Below are positions 13,381 through 25,299 of a DNA stretch of 64,000 nt, piece after piece. The DNA lies in assembly GCA_036172245.1 (NCBI GenBank), contig JAYWIR010000033.1:1178001-1242000 (forward strand), given 5' to 3'. The stretch's first letter is position 1. Each line of letters begins with the position of its first letter. The notes below the pieces were generated by a model that had not been told where the DNA came from, did no database searches, and saw only the letters and a program-made list of their open reading frames with translations. The stretch comes from Raillietiella orientalis. Its lineage: Eukaryota. The translations under genes and the position numbers were made by a program.

Positions 13381-13760
13381 GAACGGTGAGAGACTCGAGC
13401 TGAGCCTGAAGGAGCTCTCTCCTCGGTGGTTCGCAGTCCGCAGCTGGCGGCGCGGTGATGGCTCGCCCTCCCGATGGAAGCTGGCTGTACGACCCAGGTC
13501 ATGGAGGGCCACGCGCGTCAGGATTTCCATGTGCACCAGACACTGCCGCAGCGGCCGTCGGTGCTGGACCTAATGCGACTCCACGGAAGTTCGCATGCTG
13601 CACAAGTGCCCCACTCGCAAAAGCGCAGCGATAGGATGCAGCTTCTCGTTTGAGGTGTTCGCGATGCCATTTCCTGCCAGATTCCCATGGAAGCATGCCG
13701 GCAGGATCGAGCCGGTAGCCATATTTGCCGTTGAGTCACATTCCACAAAGGTCACTTCTG
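13380..13760 (-). mobile_element. Tx1-like ORF2 3' fragment
   Basis: GIWQEM and SVWCTWKS resemble the Trp-rich C-terminus of Tx1/L1 ORF2. Confidence 0.35.
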
Positions 13761-14399
13761 CAAGAATGCATTTTCTTTCCGAGCAAGCAATGATGGCCTC
13801 GTAATTCGTCCGCTTTTGTTTCCCAAAGTCTTCCCATGTTCTTATTAGAAGGCATGGATCGAAGACTTTGCAACGTAGGGTGGGAGAAAGGAAGACAAAG
13901 AGTAGGGATGGGAGGAAAGGATGAAGGAGGAAAGGAAGTTGTCACCCACAGCATGCTATGGCTAAAGGAACTTGTCATCTAAGAAGGCCTTCACGGGCTA
14001 TTCGACCCCTAGAAGCTACACCATACTTCGACAGCTCAGAGATCTTTTGTGAGGCGCGCCGAGTCATCTGAAAGTGTCGTTCCTGGGGATCCTCAGACAG
14101 ACTCCATCTGGGCTGCCTTTCCTTTTTTTCTTCCTTATCACTACTGAAGAAGCCCAAGACTTCTTTTTGACTCACATGAATAGCTCCTGTGTAGATCAAC
14201 TCACAGATCGGTTGTAGCAATGCTGTGGGGTGAACATGGATGACAAGGAAAGCAGGTTAATAGCACAGATCTCCTCGGTCGGAGCACATGGATCGACCAA
14301 CGGCAGAGTCTTCCAGTACCAACTCGTAGTGGATGCTAACGGCATCGGACAAGGGTTATTCGCTTGCCTGACTTTTCCCCTTCACTGACACCATGTACG

Positions 14400-15200
14400 C
14401 GCGGAGACCTCTAAATGTTGGTTAGACAAAGTAACTGCAGATAGGACAGCAAGATGGACAGAGGGCGAAGGGCTTTCAAAGCTTCCAGATGGAGTTCCCA
14501 GTTCATGCTTTCAGAAGTTTTCTATAGATCTATTGGGTTTGTGAGGACATCCGAAGAACTCTCCTGCTTTGTTGAGTCTTGTCGACAACCAAGATTAAAT
14601 CTGTTTGAGAAACAGATTGGTATTACTGACTCGGGTCAATATACGTCTGTTATGAACTGAACCACGGAGTCTGTCACCCGCCCAAAGTCCATGGTTTGAG
14701 CAGCAGCTAGACTTTGATGTTCTCTAGAGTGTTCAGTAGGTCTTCGGTAGGTTCTCCTCTCTTGGAGAGTGCACTTATTCCAGGCTGGAAGGATGAGAGC
14801 ACCTGGCCTTATACTTTGTGGTATTCTGTGGGCTGTGGTGACCAACTTCGCGGTGAAGAATTGGTATTTATCACCCAGATATGCCGGGGCATTTATTATT
14901 CTAATTTTTTACAAAGTCAGATAATAAAGTCTATAAGTATTGTCTGTCGTGGAGGAAGACTTGGTTCTACCGCGCTTGAGGACTTGTCGTGAGCCGGTGG
15001 TGAAGTATTGGTAAAACCCCGTCAGAAGTGATATCCCCCTGGCGCCATGCATTCTCAAACTTTTTGATTGCAGTGAGGATCTCTGCCGCCGAAATGAACC
15101 GGAAGTCTTTAAGGATGACCTCAATCTTCTCTCCTAAAGACGTAACTTCTTCCTCCTGTTGCTTCCGGGAGACCGTGAGGGCCCTTTAGAGCCGCCGCAT
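14400..15200 (-). mobile_element. Decayed LINE RT domain
   Basis: RGISLLTGFYQYF (RPISLLNxDYK-like) at ~15040-15000 and PGISG (PGRxIxDN-like) downstream. Confidence 0.5.
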
Positions 15201-16227
15201 GGACGAAATGTGGTCCAGTGTTCCAGATACAAATAGCTCGCTCCTAGGGAAGCAAAAAATTCTTCTTCCTGGTGTTATGGTGCGAAGGATAATGTGTAAG
15301 CAGCCCTCGTTTCGGGACCTTCGACGTCTTGAATGAGGTGCTGAAAACGAAGCCTTCTGCAATAGTAGCACACGGCACTCGACTAGAAAGCAGCTACTGA
15401 CCACGAAGACGATTTCCGTTTGCGTGATTTGTACCGGCGAAATGAGAGCGATCTTTACCGAAGACCAGTCATTCCATCAATCGTTAGCGGCGATAATGAA
15501 CTCTTCGATAAGCATCATCAAAGTGGGAAATGGATGGTCCCAATGCTAATAAAAAGCTGAGGCGAAAGAGCACTTTCCGCCATCTGTTAACAGTGTTTGC
15601 CTCTCAAAGTTACTATGCGTATGAGAACTGGAGCAGTCTGCCAGTTGTAGGTGACACTTCAGCCCTCTCACCTCGTAGGCTTACCGAGCTTCATTCTGGG
15701 CAGGAGGAAGGAGGCAGGAAAAAGTGACATCGTGTTCCAGCCACCTCTTGGCTTCGACGCACTTCCTGAAGCACGCAGGCGAAAAGACCCCGTTTCTGAT
15801 CAGAGAAATCATCTCTCCTGCGCTTCCTCCGCAACGCAGCTTGCCGATTCCAAGCAGACGTGAAGGTGCCAGCGTGACGCAGCCGAAAAGAAGATGAAAC
15901 CTCAGGAATCGTCTCCAGAAGTAAGAGCTGCGTCAGCTGACGAATTTGGTTTGTGGACCAGTCAACCGTTTGTCTTTTAACCATTCCTTTCCTGTGTTTT
16001 TTGTTTTGTTTTGCTTTATTGGTTTCCGCTTGGTGTTTACAATCTCGTGTTGTTTGTAACCGATCGGTGTTCTCTTTGGGGCGAGCGAATCGCAAGCATC
16101 TTCGAGTGGTTTATCTCGACAGTTACACATCGGCACCATCAGAAACACAGCTGTGAAAATGTGTGAGAATGCACGCACACCTTTGGAACATTCTTTCCAT
16201 ATGTGCAACACTGATATGTTTTCCAAA

Positions 16228-16486
16228 ATCAGTTTTGCTAATTACAAGGAAGAACAGCTTGTCGAGAATGGTGCACAGCATCTCGCTTCCGTCTCGGTTA
16301 GAGCGCCCAGGATCCAAAAAGGTTCGCCAAGGCAGCATCCTCAGTGGACTGCGGAGACTGCACTGTCTCATCGAGCTTTGAGATGCAAATGTTCCTCTGA
16401 GGCTCCACCTCTACCTACCTAAATTCCGTGATTCCAACTACGAAGCCCCCATCACTGTCTTAGAGATGGGTAGCATGTGCAATAAG
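16228..16486 (+). repeat. Left arm of 259-bp inverted repeat
   Basis: Reverse complement of 17761-18019 with 4 mismatches by manual comparison. Confidence 0.97.
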
Positions 16487-16689
16487 TTGACTGTCTTTGC
16501 GAACGGTGATTGAAGTTGAACGTCTTGCAACTGCATTCGGACAGAACCCAGCAAGTCCAAGCGGACTGATTGGCTGCAGTTTCACGCGAATTCTCGTGTG
16601 CTTGAGCAGCTGCTGCTCATGGTTCATCTTTATTTCCATCTCGCTCTTGCATAGAGTTTCCTCAGATGATGGAAATCCTTCTTTTCTGT

Positions 16690-17418
16690 CTTCGCAGTTC
16701 TTCGACACGGTTCCACGCCACCCGAGGGTGGGTAGTTCTTCAAGATAGGAAGTACCCCGGGAGGGGTCCACCCAATGAATCCAGGAAGGACTCGGAGTCC
16801 GCTCCTCTAGCGCCTGGGAAGGGATCCCCGGAAATGGAGATCACCTCCACCCTGGTTGTCTCCGAAGAGAAATCCAGAAGGGAATCCTCTTTCCTTATTC
16901 TCTCCGGAGGGACCCCCCGGGGGATCTGCTCCATTCTTTCTTCTCTGAAGGGAACCTGGTAAGGATCCGCTCCTGGAATTTCCTCTCCCGAGGGATCCCC
17001 CGCAAGGGATCCGCTCCTGTTTTTACTCCTCTGAAGAGAACCCAGAAGGGACGCTTCCGAAATTCAAAAGGACGCAGCTTCCCCGAAAGGGTCGGCTCGC
17101 TTCTCTGCATTCTCTGGAGAGGTGGTGGCGACACACCTACTCTATCAGTACGACGCGGAGGGTTTCCCCGGGAAGAGGGGTCCTCTCCTTCTCAACCGGA
17201 GGGGAGAGCTCGACTCCCATTTGTCCCGGCCCTCTTCGGGGGCATCCGGTTTGAACCGCTACCAGTGCCGCACCCGGATGAAGGCCAACCAGCGTCATCT
17301 TTTGGGGTGAACTCCGAATCCACGACGCACTGCGTGGATTCCTTTCGGAGTATTCGAATCCACAACGCATGGTGCCACGCGTGGAGACCACCGTAACCAC
17401 ACGGCCTCCGACGCGGGC
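16690..17418 (-). mobile_element. SINE-like family, copy C
   Basis: Minus-strand head GCCCGCGTCGGAGGCCGTGTGGTTA...GTGGATTCGAATAC; collinear with copies A, B, D, E. Confidence 0.8.
16862..17058. repeat. ~41-44 bp degenerate tandem array (about 5 units) inside SINE copy C
   Basis: Units such as CTGAAGGGAACCTGGTAAGGATCCGCTCCTGGAATTTCCTCT and CCCGAGGGATCCCCCGCAAGGGATCCGCTCCTGTTTTTACTCCT. Confidence 0.75.
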
Positions 17419-17760
17419 AATGAACAGTGGTTTAGATCTTCGAGCTGGTCACATCGAGCCACGAACAGGGGCCGCTCTTAGCAGTGGGTCAGTATGGTCA
17501 GCAAAAGTACAAACAGGAAACATTCGTTACAGGAGGAGCTGAAGCCATGATGTCCATTCAGCCAGCACCATGAAAGTTCTCCGGGGTCACTTGTATTCTG
17601 TCTGGTCAAATTCTTGGAGAGATTCGCTTCTACATGCAATCGGTCAGACAGCTGTGACTTTGGTTGTCTCATTCGGTTATTACCGAACGTGAGTAGCAGT
17701 AGATGAAACACTCATTTGCCCGCTTGGAATCACTGCGTAACGGCCGTGCTGTGCAGTGCG

Positions 17761-18019
17761 CTTATTGAACATGCTACTCATCTCGAAGACAGTGATGGGG
17801 GCTTCGTAGTTGGAATCACGGAATTTAGGTAGGTAGAGGTGGAGCCTCAGAGGAATATTTGCATCTCAAAGCTCGATGAGACAGTGCAGTCTCCGCAGTC
17901 CACTGAGGATGCTGCCTTGGCGAACCTTTTTGGATCCTGGGCGCTCTAACCGAGACGGAAGCGAGATGCTGTGCACCATTCTCGACAAGCTGTTCTTCCT
18001 TGTAATTAGCAAAACTGAT
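17761..18019 (-). repeat. Right arm of 259-bp inverted repeat
   Basis: Reverse complement of 16228-16486. The ORF track shows the same peptide ISFANYKEEQLVENGAQHL on both strands. Confidence 0.97.
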
Positions 18020-19989
18020 CAGGAAGCTCCATGCACTAACCACAAAGGAACAAGTTTTCACTTTTATTTTTATTTACTTTTAAAGCAAGGTTAATGGGCC
18101 CATAGAGATTTATTGAATCACTGGTCACGCGGATCGCAGCGATTATATGACCTGAGAGTGTTAAGAAAATCCTGAGCAATTTGTATGCTACAACTGTTTT
18201 GACTGTCTTATGGAATCCGTTTCCAGGAAGCTCTAAGCATATGTGTCTCACGATTGGTTGTCTTATAGTGGGGCACACATTTCCAGAAACCGAATTCTTT
18301 AAGGAGCCTAAGGACAGACTCATCAACGAACAGAAGTATTCGCACGGATGCCTCTGGTATTTCCAGCTTTTTCCTTACCGGGAAATCGCGCAACGTCCGT
18401 TGTGGTCTCGAACGCCGCAGCTACCTATGCCAGGAGTCTGGATTTCTGCCTTTCGGCATACAGTTTCCCTTGCCCCAGATCGAAGAATCAATCTAGACTG
18501 ATCAGTTTCGAGAGGCACATGCTTCCTGCAAGAGTTTCATCCCCATGTCAGCAGTTTCTTTAAGAAGGAGCACTGGGCAACGGCAAAGCATATGCTAAAG
18601 CCTTAAATGAAGGAATGGTCAATGTCTGCACTGTTGCCAGGACCTACAGCACTTGAAATTTCCTTTCAGGAATATCCGGAAACCCACTCAAGGTCATTTC
18701 AATGGGGGAGCATGAATCTTATGAAAAAAGAATGGATCCAACAGAATACAGAGTTCTGCTAAAGGGAGCAGAAACGTGACTCGTCACGTAGGGACTTCCG
18801 CTGCCATCTTTTACTGTTGCATCATTCATCCGAATGATGACAGCAGAAAGCGCATCAAAACGACATCCTCCCCCCCTTCCCTCACATTAACTTCTCACAA
18901 ACCTGCCTCCATCCAGCATCGCTCACCTTTCTTCGGCCTGGTGGAAAATGCCGACAGAATCTTTCTTCCAATCCAAGATTCAGAGGCTGCACGAGTGTAC
19001 CGGAAAATGGAAAAAGCTCGCAAGCTATGCATCCTTCGGCTCTCAACGCACGAGTGCTTTAGAAGAAGGCTTATGGAGCAGGATTTAGATTTCGGAGTTG
19101 GGATGCTTTCTTGAGTGTTCGAGATGCTCCCCTGCTTTCGATAACTCGCACTGATTCTGTGGCTGTGCTGAGCGCAAGTGTGCCTTTCAGACTGTGCACT
19201 CAGTTCCTCATGTGTGCGTGCTTGAATAGGATGGTCAACACAGAATGCTGCGTTACTGAGGGAAACAAAATATAGCACAGGACTAGCGATTCACGATGGA
19301 ATGGATGTGAAGAGGGAGTTCTTCCACAGCAAGGAGCACATTACCCGTGCTTGCTTCGAGTTTTTCTTCATTCTGGAAAAAAGTGGTGATATGTCTGAGG
19401 CATCCAACAGAAAAAAGTGCCGTCGGCAAAACCAACCAGCTCAATGCACACGCTGCTTATCTTGAAGCTACTGATGGAAGCTGCATTGGGTTTGCATAAC
19501 CTGGAGACCTTGCAGCTGGAATGATAGAATTCGGATGTCTAGAGGTCTTCAAGATGTCGGCTATGCGCAGGAGCGGATTGCATTTGCCATGACGAGGCGA
19601 CTGGAAGGAAGGAGCAGTTTGATTCGGATAGTGTCATTCCTTCGACAGACTCGAGCCAGCGATGTCCATGACGAGCACAAGGGGAATGGGAAAGGCCAAA
19701 ATAAAAACAAAAACGAAAGCAAAAAGGACTGCTAACAGTTTTAAAAAAAGTGAAAGTGAAAGAATCACATCCCGTGACGTTGCTTACTCTGCCTCCTTCA
19801 CAGGATGCTGGAGAACCCCTGCATGTAGCAGCCCAGGTGGGACCATCTCGACGCAATCTCGAGAAACCATATGGCGAAGAAGACGCCTCTCCTTCTCGTT
19901 GCATCCTCTCCCTGCCTTCCACCTCGCTGAGACGCAGATGCGCGCGCAGCAAACCGCTGCGATGGCGGCCGTGGAGACGGCTGCCATCG

Positions 19990-20760
19990 CAACGGTTTGG
20001 CATTGGGTAGTGGGCCTGGGATCGTTGGCCTGCCCTTCGTCGCAGTGGCGTCTTACCACCTGGCCAAGCCAGGGGATCTGCGAGATCCCGGGTCGTAGGA
20101 ACTTCTCCGGGCGGTTCAGTGGCACGTCATCCCGAGAGGAGAGGAACTTGATGACGTTTCTGGGTCGTCCACCGGGATGGCTAGGGAAGCGGAGGAACGC
20201 TCCCACAATGCCTTTGAGAGCAACGAGGGCGATGAAGGAGAATTTTCATTCTCCCTACACCTGAAGAGTGCTCCTCTGCACTCTCGATCGTCCAGTGATG
20301 GCAGCGTGCGTTGCGAAGGAGCCCTCAGTGCAGCATCAGCAGTGCCGACGGCTGCCGCTTCAGGAGAAGGAAAGAGCTGTTTGTCATCATCGGAGGCACC
20401 TCCAGAATGTTTGTCTGGATTCCTCAGAGCTCGTCCCAGGAAAGAAGTCCACTGGGAAAAGTCGTTGGTGCTGATGCGAGCCACCGAAGAATTTCCCACC
20501 ACCCCGATCTCCTTCCTTGACAAGGTGGGAAGACGCCGTCGCGGCGATGGATAGATGAACCATCTCGAATCCTCCTCCCCTACTACTATTCCTATGAAAT
20601 ACACGGCTTCCGACGTGCTCTGGGTGATCTCGGGTTACGCCCTCACTTTCCCCTGCCTCCAGACCTTCATTGTCCGTGGGGCAGTAGGGAATCCACAGTA
20701 TCATGGATGCTTGCTCCCCAAAGTGGTTATGTGACACAGCAGGAAGTCTCAGGCAGTCAG
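19990..20760 (-). mobile_element. Tx1-like ORF2 EN/linker relic
   Basis: PGEV..PGGKTP (EEVxxAxxxLxxGKTPG-like) near 20100-20045. Confidence 0.4.
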
Positions 20761-21049
20761 GCTCTGGAGGTGGCCCGGAAACAACGCCGCTAGTCCGACG
20801 CAGTGGGCTGCTCGGTTTGGCAGTGGAGAATAAAGAAGAATGAGAAGAGAAGCAGCTCTTTAGGGACGCACCAGTGGGTGGTCCAATAATTGGCCATCAA
20901 GACCAGTCTCTTGGAATGGAGCTATCGCTCCAGGCTCTCCAGAGTCTGGAGGCCAGTCCTTAGTCTAGACCCGGAGCCAACGAGTCTTTCGGTTGAACTC
21001 GTGACTTCCCTGTGCCTCAAGAAAGTCCTAAAGGACTTTTTTGAAGATG

Positions 21050-22200
21050 ATCTCGGTCCACCGTATCACCGGACTGGAGGCAGGACAAATAAAAATTAAG
21101 GGCCTGAGAAAGGGGGCAGGTCACGAGGGTGTGCCACACAACAGCCCGTTTCAGCAATGAAAACCTGCTACTGTAGAACAAGACTGTCTCTTGGAGACAG
21201 CTCGACCACGCCTTCTCAAGATGGAATTGCCCCAGGAAGATGCCTAGGTACTCAAAGCACCTGTCCATGGGGAACCCCAAGCCCATCCGGTGTGGCTGTC
21301 CGTTCCATGCCTAACCAAAAGGACACATGAATGACTCGTCCCTGTTGACGCTCATGCTAGCTCCTCAACGGGTCAACTTGGATTCCTCGGGAAGTGCCTC
21401 CGAGGCTGGCATAGTCAACAGAGGCAGAAGATCGTCTGCATGAGCCGATGCAGCAAACATACTGGGGCACGAGCTCTGTGAGGTGTCCCTGGACGCCCTG
21501 TGTGTCCTCAGCACCAGCCCAACGCAGGTGTCGAAGGGCAAAGGTCTCAGGATGTATCCCTGCCTCACGCCGCGCCGCACCAAGTGGGAAAGGTCATTTT
21601 TGGTTTGATCGTTGTTAAACAGTGTCGTCCCTATGACAAACTCGAGACTCGTCTGACTCTGAGCTCTTGTTGGTTTCCATTCTCTGCACGAGGAAGTGCA
21701 AATACCGTCTGCAATCTGGCCACGCATCGCAACGCTCCACTTATCCAGTGGATTCGGAGGGGCAAAGCCAAAACAGAGATGAGGGAGGATCTCGAAGAGA
21801 CTGCTTTATGTCCAATGATGCCTCCTCCCTCCAATGCCTCTCTTGCGTTCTTTCTGTTGCAAATATGGTCCCGGTAGCGCTCAGGAGGAACAAAAAGACT
21901 TCTGTTCCTAGAGACACTCCAAAAAGCTGGAGACGATGCCCCGCATCGCAGACCAAAACTTCAGCTCAAAGGGTTCATCAGGTAGGCTCTGTGGGGTTGG
22001 ATTTGTCGAATGGGTCAGCTAATTGTACGGCTGTTCTTCTGTCCCCACGTCTTCCCGTTCGTGATATCAACTGTTGCTTCGGACGAGGGCAACCCTTTTC
22101 ACTTTCTTCCTTCCGTCTTCGTGAGAGAATCCTGGATTCTTCCGATTTAGATTTGTACTCTTCCGAGTGGCCCCACTACTAGAATCTCTTCACGGAGAGA
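21050..22200 (-). mobile_element. Tx1/L1 RT domain relic
   Basis: RRGVRQGYILRPLPF (GVRQGCPLSPLLF), SAHADDL (YADD) and EYLGIFLG (YLG) in correct order. Confidence 0.85.
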
Positions 22201-22299
22201 GTGTCTGTTCTTGCAAATCCAAGCTCGTGTCCCCATCCTGGGCCTTCGATCAGCATCATACGGCACCACTATACTTCGGAGATAACTTTGTTTACATTC

Positions 22300-23060
22300 T
22301 CACTCGGGTAAGCCGTTTATTTATAAATAAAAGAAACATTTATAATTAATGTGGCTGAAACAGTGGTCCAACCCCGTCCTTGTTAGATCTGACCTGCCAC
22401 GTCACCGGTTCGCAGACCGCTGAGCTCCTCCACAACAGCAGAGGGGAGGAAGCAAACGAAAAGAAAAAGAAACAAGAAAAATATGCAAACAAATTTGGGG
22501 GAAAAGGAGGGGGGAGGCGCGCGAAGGGATCACCGTCTGCTGGAGGCGGTCCTCTGCATTCTTTGAAGGATGCCAGCAAGGTCTTTCTGAATACTGCCGT
22601 CCAGGTGGGGTTATCTCGTTGCTGTCCAATCGAACGGGCGAAATGGATGGCATCCCTATCGCTAGGTCCTCCTCTTGTGTCGCTCCATGCAGCGACAATC
22701 CGGCGTAGGCAGCAAGGAGCTGCTGGCGAGGCTGCCGGCCGAAGTGCGTCACGGATGAAGAGGGGTTCAAGAGCGTCCCTGTATTTGCCGTAAGGGTTCC
22801 AAGGGTCGCAGCAAAGCGTTCTCAGAGGGACCGGAGGGCAACATAGTCCACTAGGAGGTGCGGGAGAAATTCCCGCTCCCCTCACTCGAGGCAGTCAGGG
22901 TCCACACATTCCCGTGTCCAGTGATGCCGGCGGGCATTGCACGGGAGATCCCAGTGCAACAGCATCAACGCCGACTCCTGTCACTTCAGTGGGAGGGCGT
23001 GTCTAATAACTTTGTTTCGAGGTACATCGAGAAAGCCCTGAGAGGGAAATTAGGCCGCTG
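22300..23060 (-). mobile_element. Tx1-like 3' end
   Basis: PDCLE*GEREFLPHLLVDY zinc motif; pyrimidine-rich UTR ending AATAAACGG. Confidence 0.8.
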
Positions 23061-23699
23061 AATGATTGCCATCTGGAGTTTCAGTCTTGTTCACGTGGCA
23101 GCTGAATCCGATCATCTTCGGATGCCATCAGTCTCTTCAAACTGTTTCCGATATGAGAAGCGAAAGCAAAATATCTGTGTTTCGAAATTCAGAGGATAAA
23201 TTTCAGAATGAGAAGATGGTCCAGTGCTATCTGAAGGAAAAGTCAGCAGCATGACAGTCTCTGGGAACGGATTTTTCCAACTGCACACCGATGGTTCTTG
23301 GCGTATTGAGGCGTTCCAAGGGACCTGCAAGAAAATGATTCCGAAAATGATTTTGACAGCCTCCTTCTTGACCGGAATCCTGGTATGGCTGCTTTGAAGT
23401 GCGTCTCTCCTGGACTTCAGTGCGTATGCCTCGTCGGTAGGCAGTTTGCAGCTTCCGGTTCTTTAGGCTTAGCGTGAACTGCAGTTACGCAAGGAACAGC
23501 AAACAGCATCCTGCATGAAGTCCTGAAGGATCGGCTACAGTCTGCCAGTAATTACTCATTGATTTCCAACGAGCATCGCTGTTATAGAAGAATGAAGAAG
23601 GTAATCTCGTCTGTCGCCAAAAAAAAAAAAAAAAATATTCCTCTCCCCGCTGGACAGTCAGTTCTGGTCCATTAACAAATGCGCGACGGTCCCATGAAA

Positions 23700-24500
23700 A
23701 CAGTCATCGACCCCACGGGTTCTCCTCTTCCAATGTGATTGGTTTTCGACTCACACTGGAGAGCGCCATTCATCGCAAAAAAGCCACCGGTCAATGAGGC
23801 CACCGTACTCGAAACTTGGCAAGAGTTTCGACTCGGAGCTCATCGAGAAGTCTCCGGGACAGAAGATGCATCTGGAGATAAGGAAATTCGACTGCAAGAA
23901 CACGACGGCCGGAACTGCGAACCTTCCTGAGAACTCCAACGCTTGACAGATTGTGTGAGGCTGTTCCCATGGCTGCTTTGGACTCCTCCTTAGGCGGCGT
24001 CACCGATGATGCAACGAGTGGGAAGCTCCCCGAGCTCTGTGCCCCTGCGTCCAATAGCAACCGGAGGAAGGTGTATCCCTGGACGTCGGAATAAAAAGCG
24101 ACCCGACCGTGGCTCCGGAAGGAATCCATGCCCCTTGGATCGACGCCATCATCCCACACTGCCGAATGGGACGTCAAATCTCGAGTGAACCGTGGTCGAC
24201 CGAAGTGCCTGGCATCCTGAAAAGACTCGAAACTGATCTCATGGCAGTCATAAGGTTTGAGCGAGAAACGAGAGCCGCTACAGTCTGTATACGTCTGTAC
24301 AGACGTCTGTGCTTGGAACTGGCTGGGCTTCTCTCGGTCACACAAAGAAATCACGTGGAATCCTCTTGGGGAGCAGCAGCTCTTCGGTTCATTCCGAGAC
24401 GAACTCTTCCCTGACCAACATTTCATAGATCTGCTTTTTGATGATCTTCGTTTTGGATGCGCAGTAGGGATTATATAGCCGTTTGCTAACAGCTGCGTAT
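23700..24500 (+). mobile_element. Possible LINE RT fragment
   Basis: Weak: ILKRL...CIRLY resembles LxxLG..WIxxLY. Confidence 0.25.
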
Positions 24501-24699
24501 GCACATATGTGTATTAAATGAACAAGCTTTGATTTTATGGCCAAGGGTTCGAATGCAGGAAACTTGGGCCCTTACCGAGAGGGATTCCAGAATGCTATGG
24601 GCCGGGCTGGAAATCCCAAACACCGAAATCCCGTTAATGGAATTCGTCATTTCCTGAGGAAAGCATCATTTGGCGGGTGTTTGAAAGGAAAACGCAATG

Positions 24700-25256
24700 C
24701 AAAATTCCTTTTTTGTTTCTTTCATTTGTTTTTAAATTCTTGCCACCCTTTTTAATTGCCACCATTCCTTTTTATTTTCCATAATTCCATATTCGTTCAA
24801 TCTATATTTGTTGGGTCTATTGATATGCGCTCATAATACATATATAATGAAAGCATATATCCATGTTTCATAATCTTGAATTTATATCATTAATTTTATC
24901 AACAATATGTATAGTCATGAATATTGAATAAATGCGTGGTTAAATAAATTTGCATGCCTACATAGAAATATGCATTACACATAATAAGCACATATATTTA
25001 ATTTCCGTAATGCTTCATATGTATTGAGAATACATCAATCCATATTACCGATTACATTAAATACTGATCATCATATTAACAATATGCATGTCAAGAAATA
25101 TCAGTAGATATGGTGTTGAAATAAATTAGTATATTAATCTATAAGTAAATATATATATATCTAAATATACATAATGAGCATACAAATCTGTTTTTATGAT
25201 CTTTATAATATATATTAATCTATATAATAAGCATATACGCTTATTTTTTATGATCT
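24700..25256. other. Strongly AT-rich island with local tandem duplication
   Basis: Roughly 75-80% AT by eye. ATATTAATCTATA...TTTTATGATCTT occurs twice (about 25130-25203 and 25210-25257). Several TACAT/ATGTA motifs. Confidence 0.8.
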
Positions 25257-25299
25257 TCCACAGTTTCGTCGTTCGGGATTTCGATGAGCACCGTTTCTA

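Larger units (their letters stand above)
16070..19600 (+). mobile_element. Long decayed L1-like element (ORF1-EN-RT) with an internally inverted segment
   Basis: RANRKHLRVVYL and ISFANYKEEQLV (ORF1). EN C-half on + after 18020 (LTVLWNPFPG, QRPLWSRTPQL). Post-RT GLHNLETL near 19490. The EN N-half-like signal lies on - within 16487-17760. Confidence 0.55.

Noticed and set aside
16862..17058. CRISPR-like periodic array
   Set aside because: Degenerate tandem units without unique spacers, no cas genes, eukaryotic context.
16973..17066. Hammerhead-like core CTGAAGAG...CGAAA in SINE copy C
   Set aside because: Stem I cannot form, stem II is imperfect, and GAAA is not conserved in copies A, B, D or E.
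16228..18019. DNA transposon or MITE with long TIRs
   Set aside because: No TSD, and the arm is contiguous with L1 ORF1-like sequence on its outer left flank.
24291..24306. 16-bp palindrome ACGTCTGTACAGACGT
   Set aside because: About one such palindrome is expected by chance in 64 kb.
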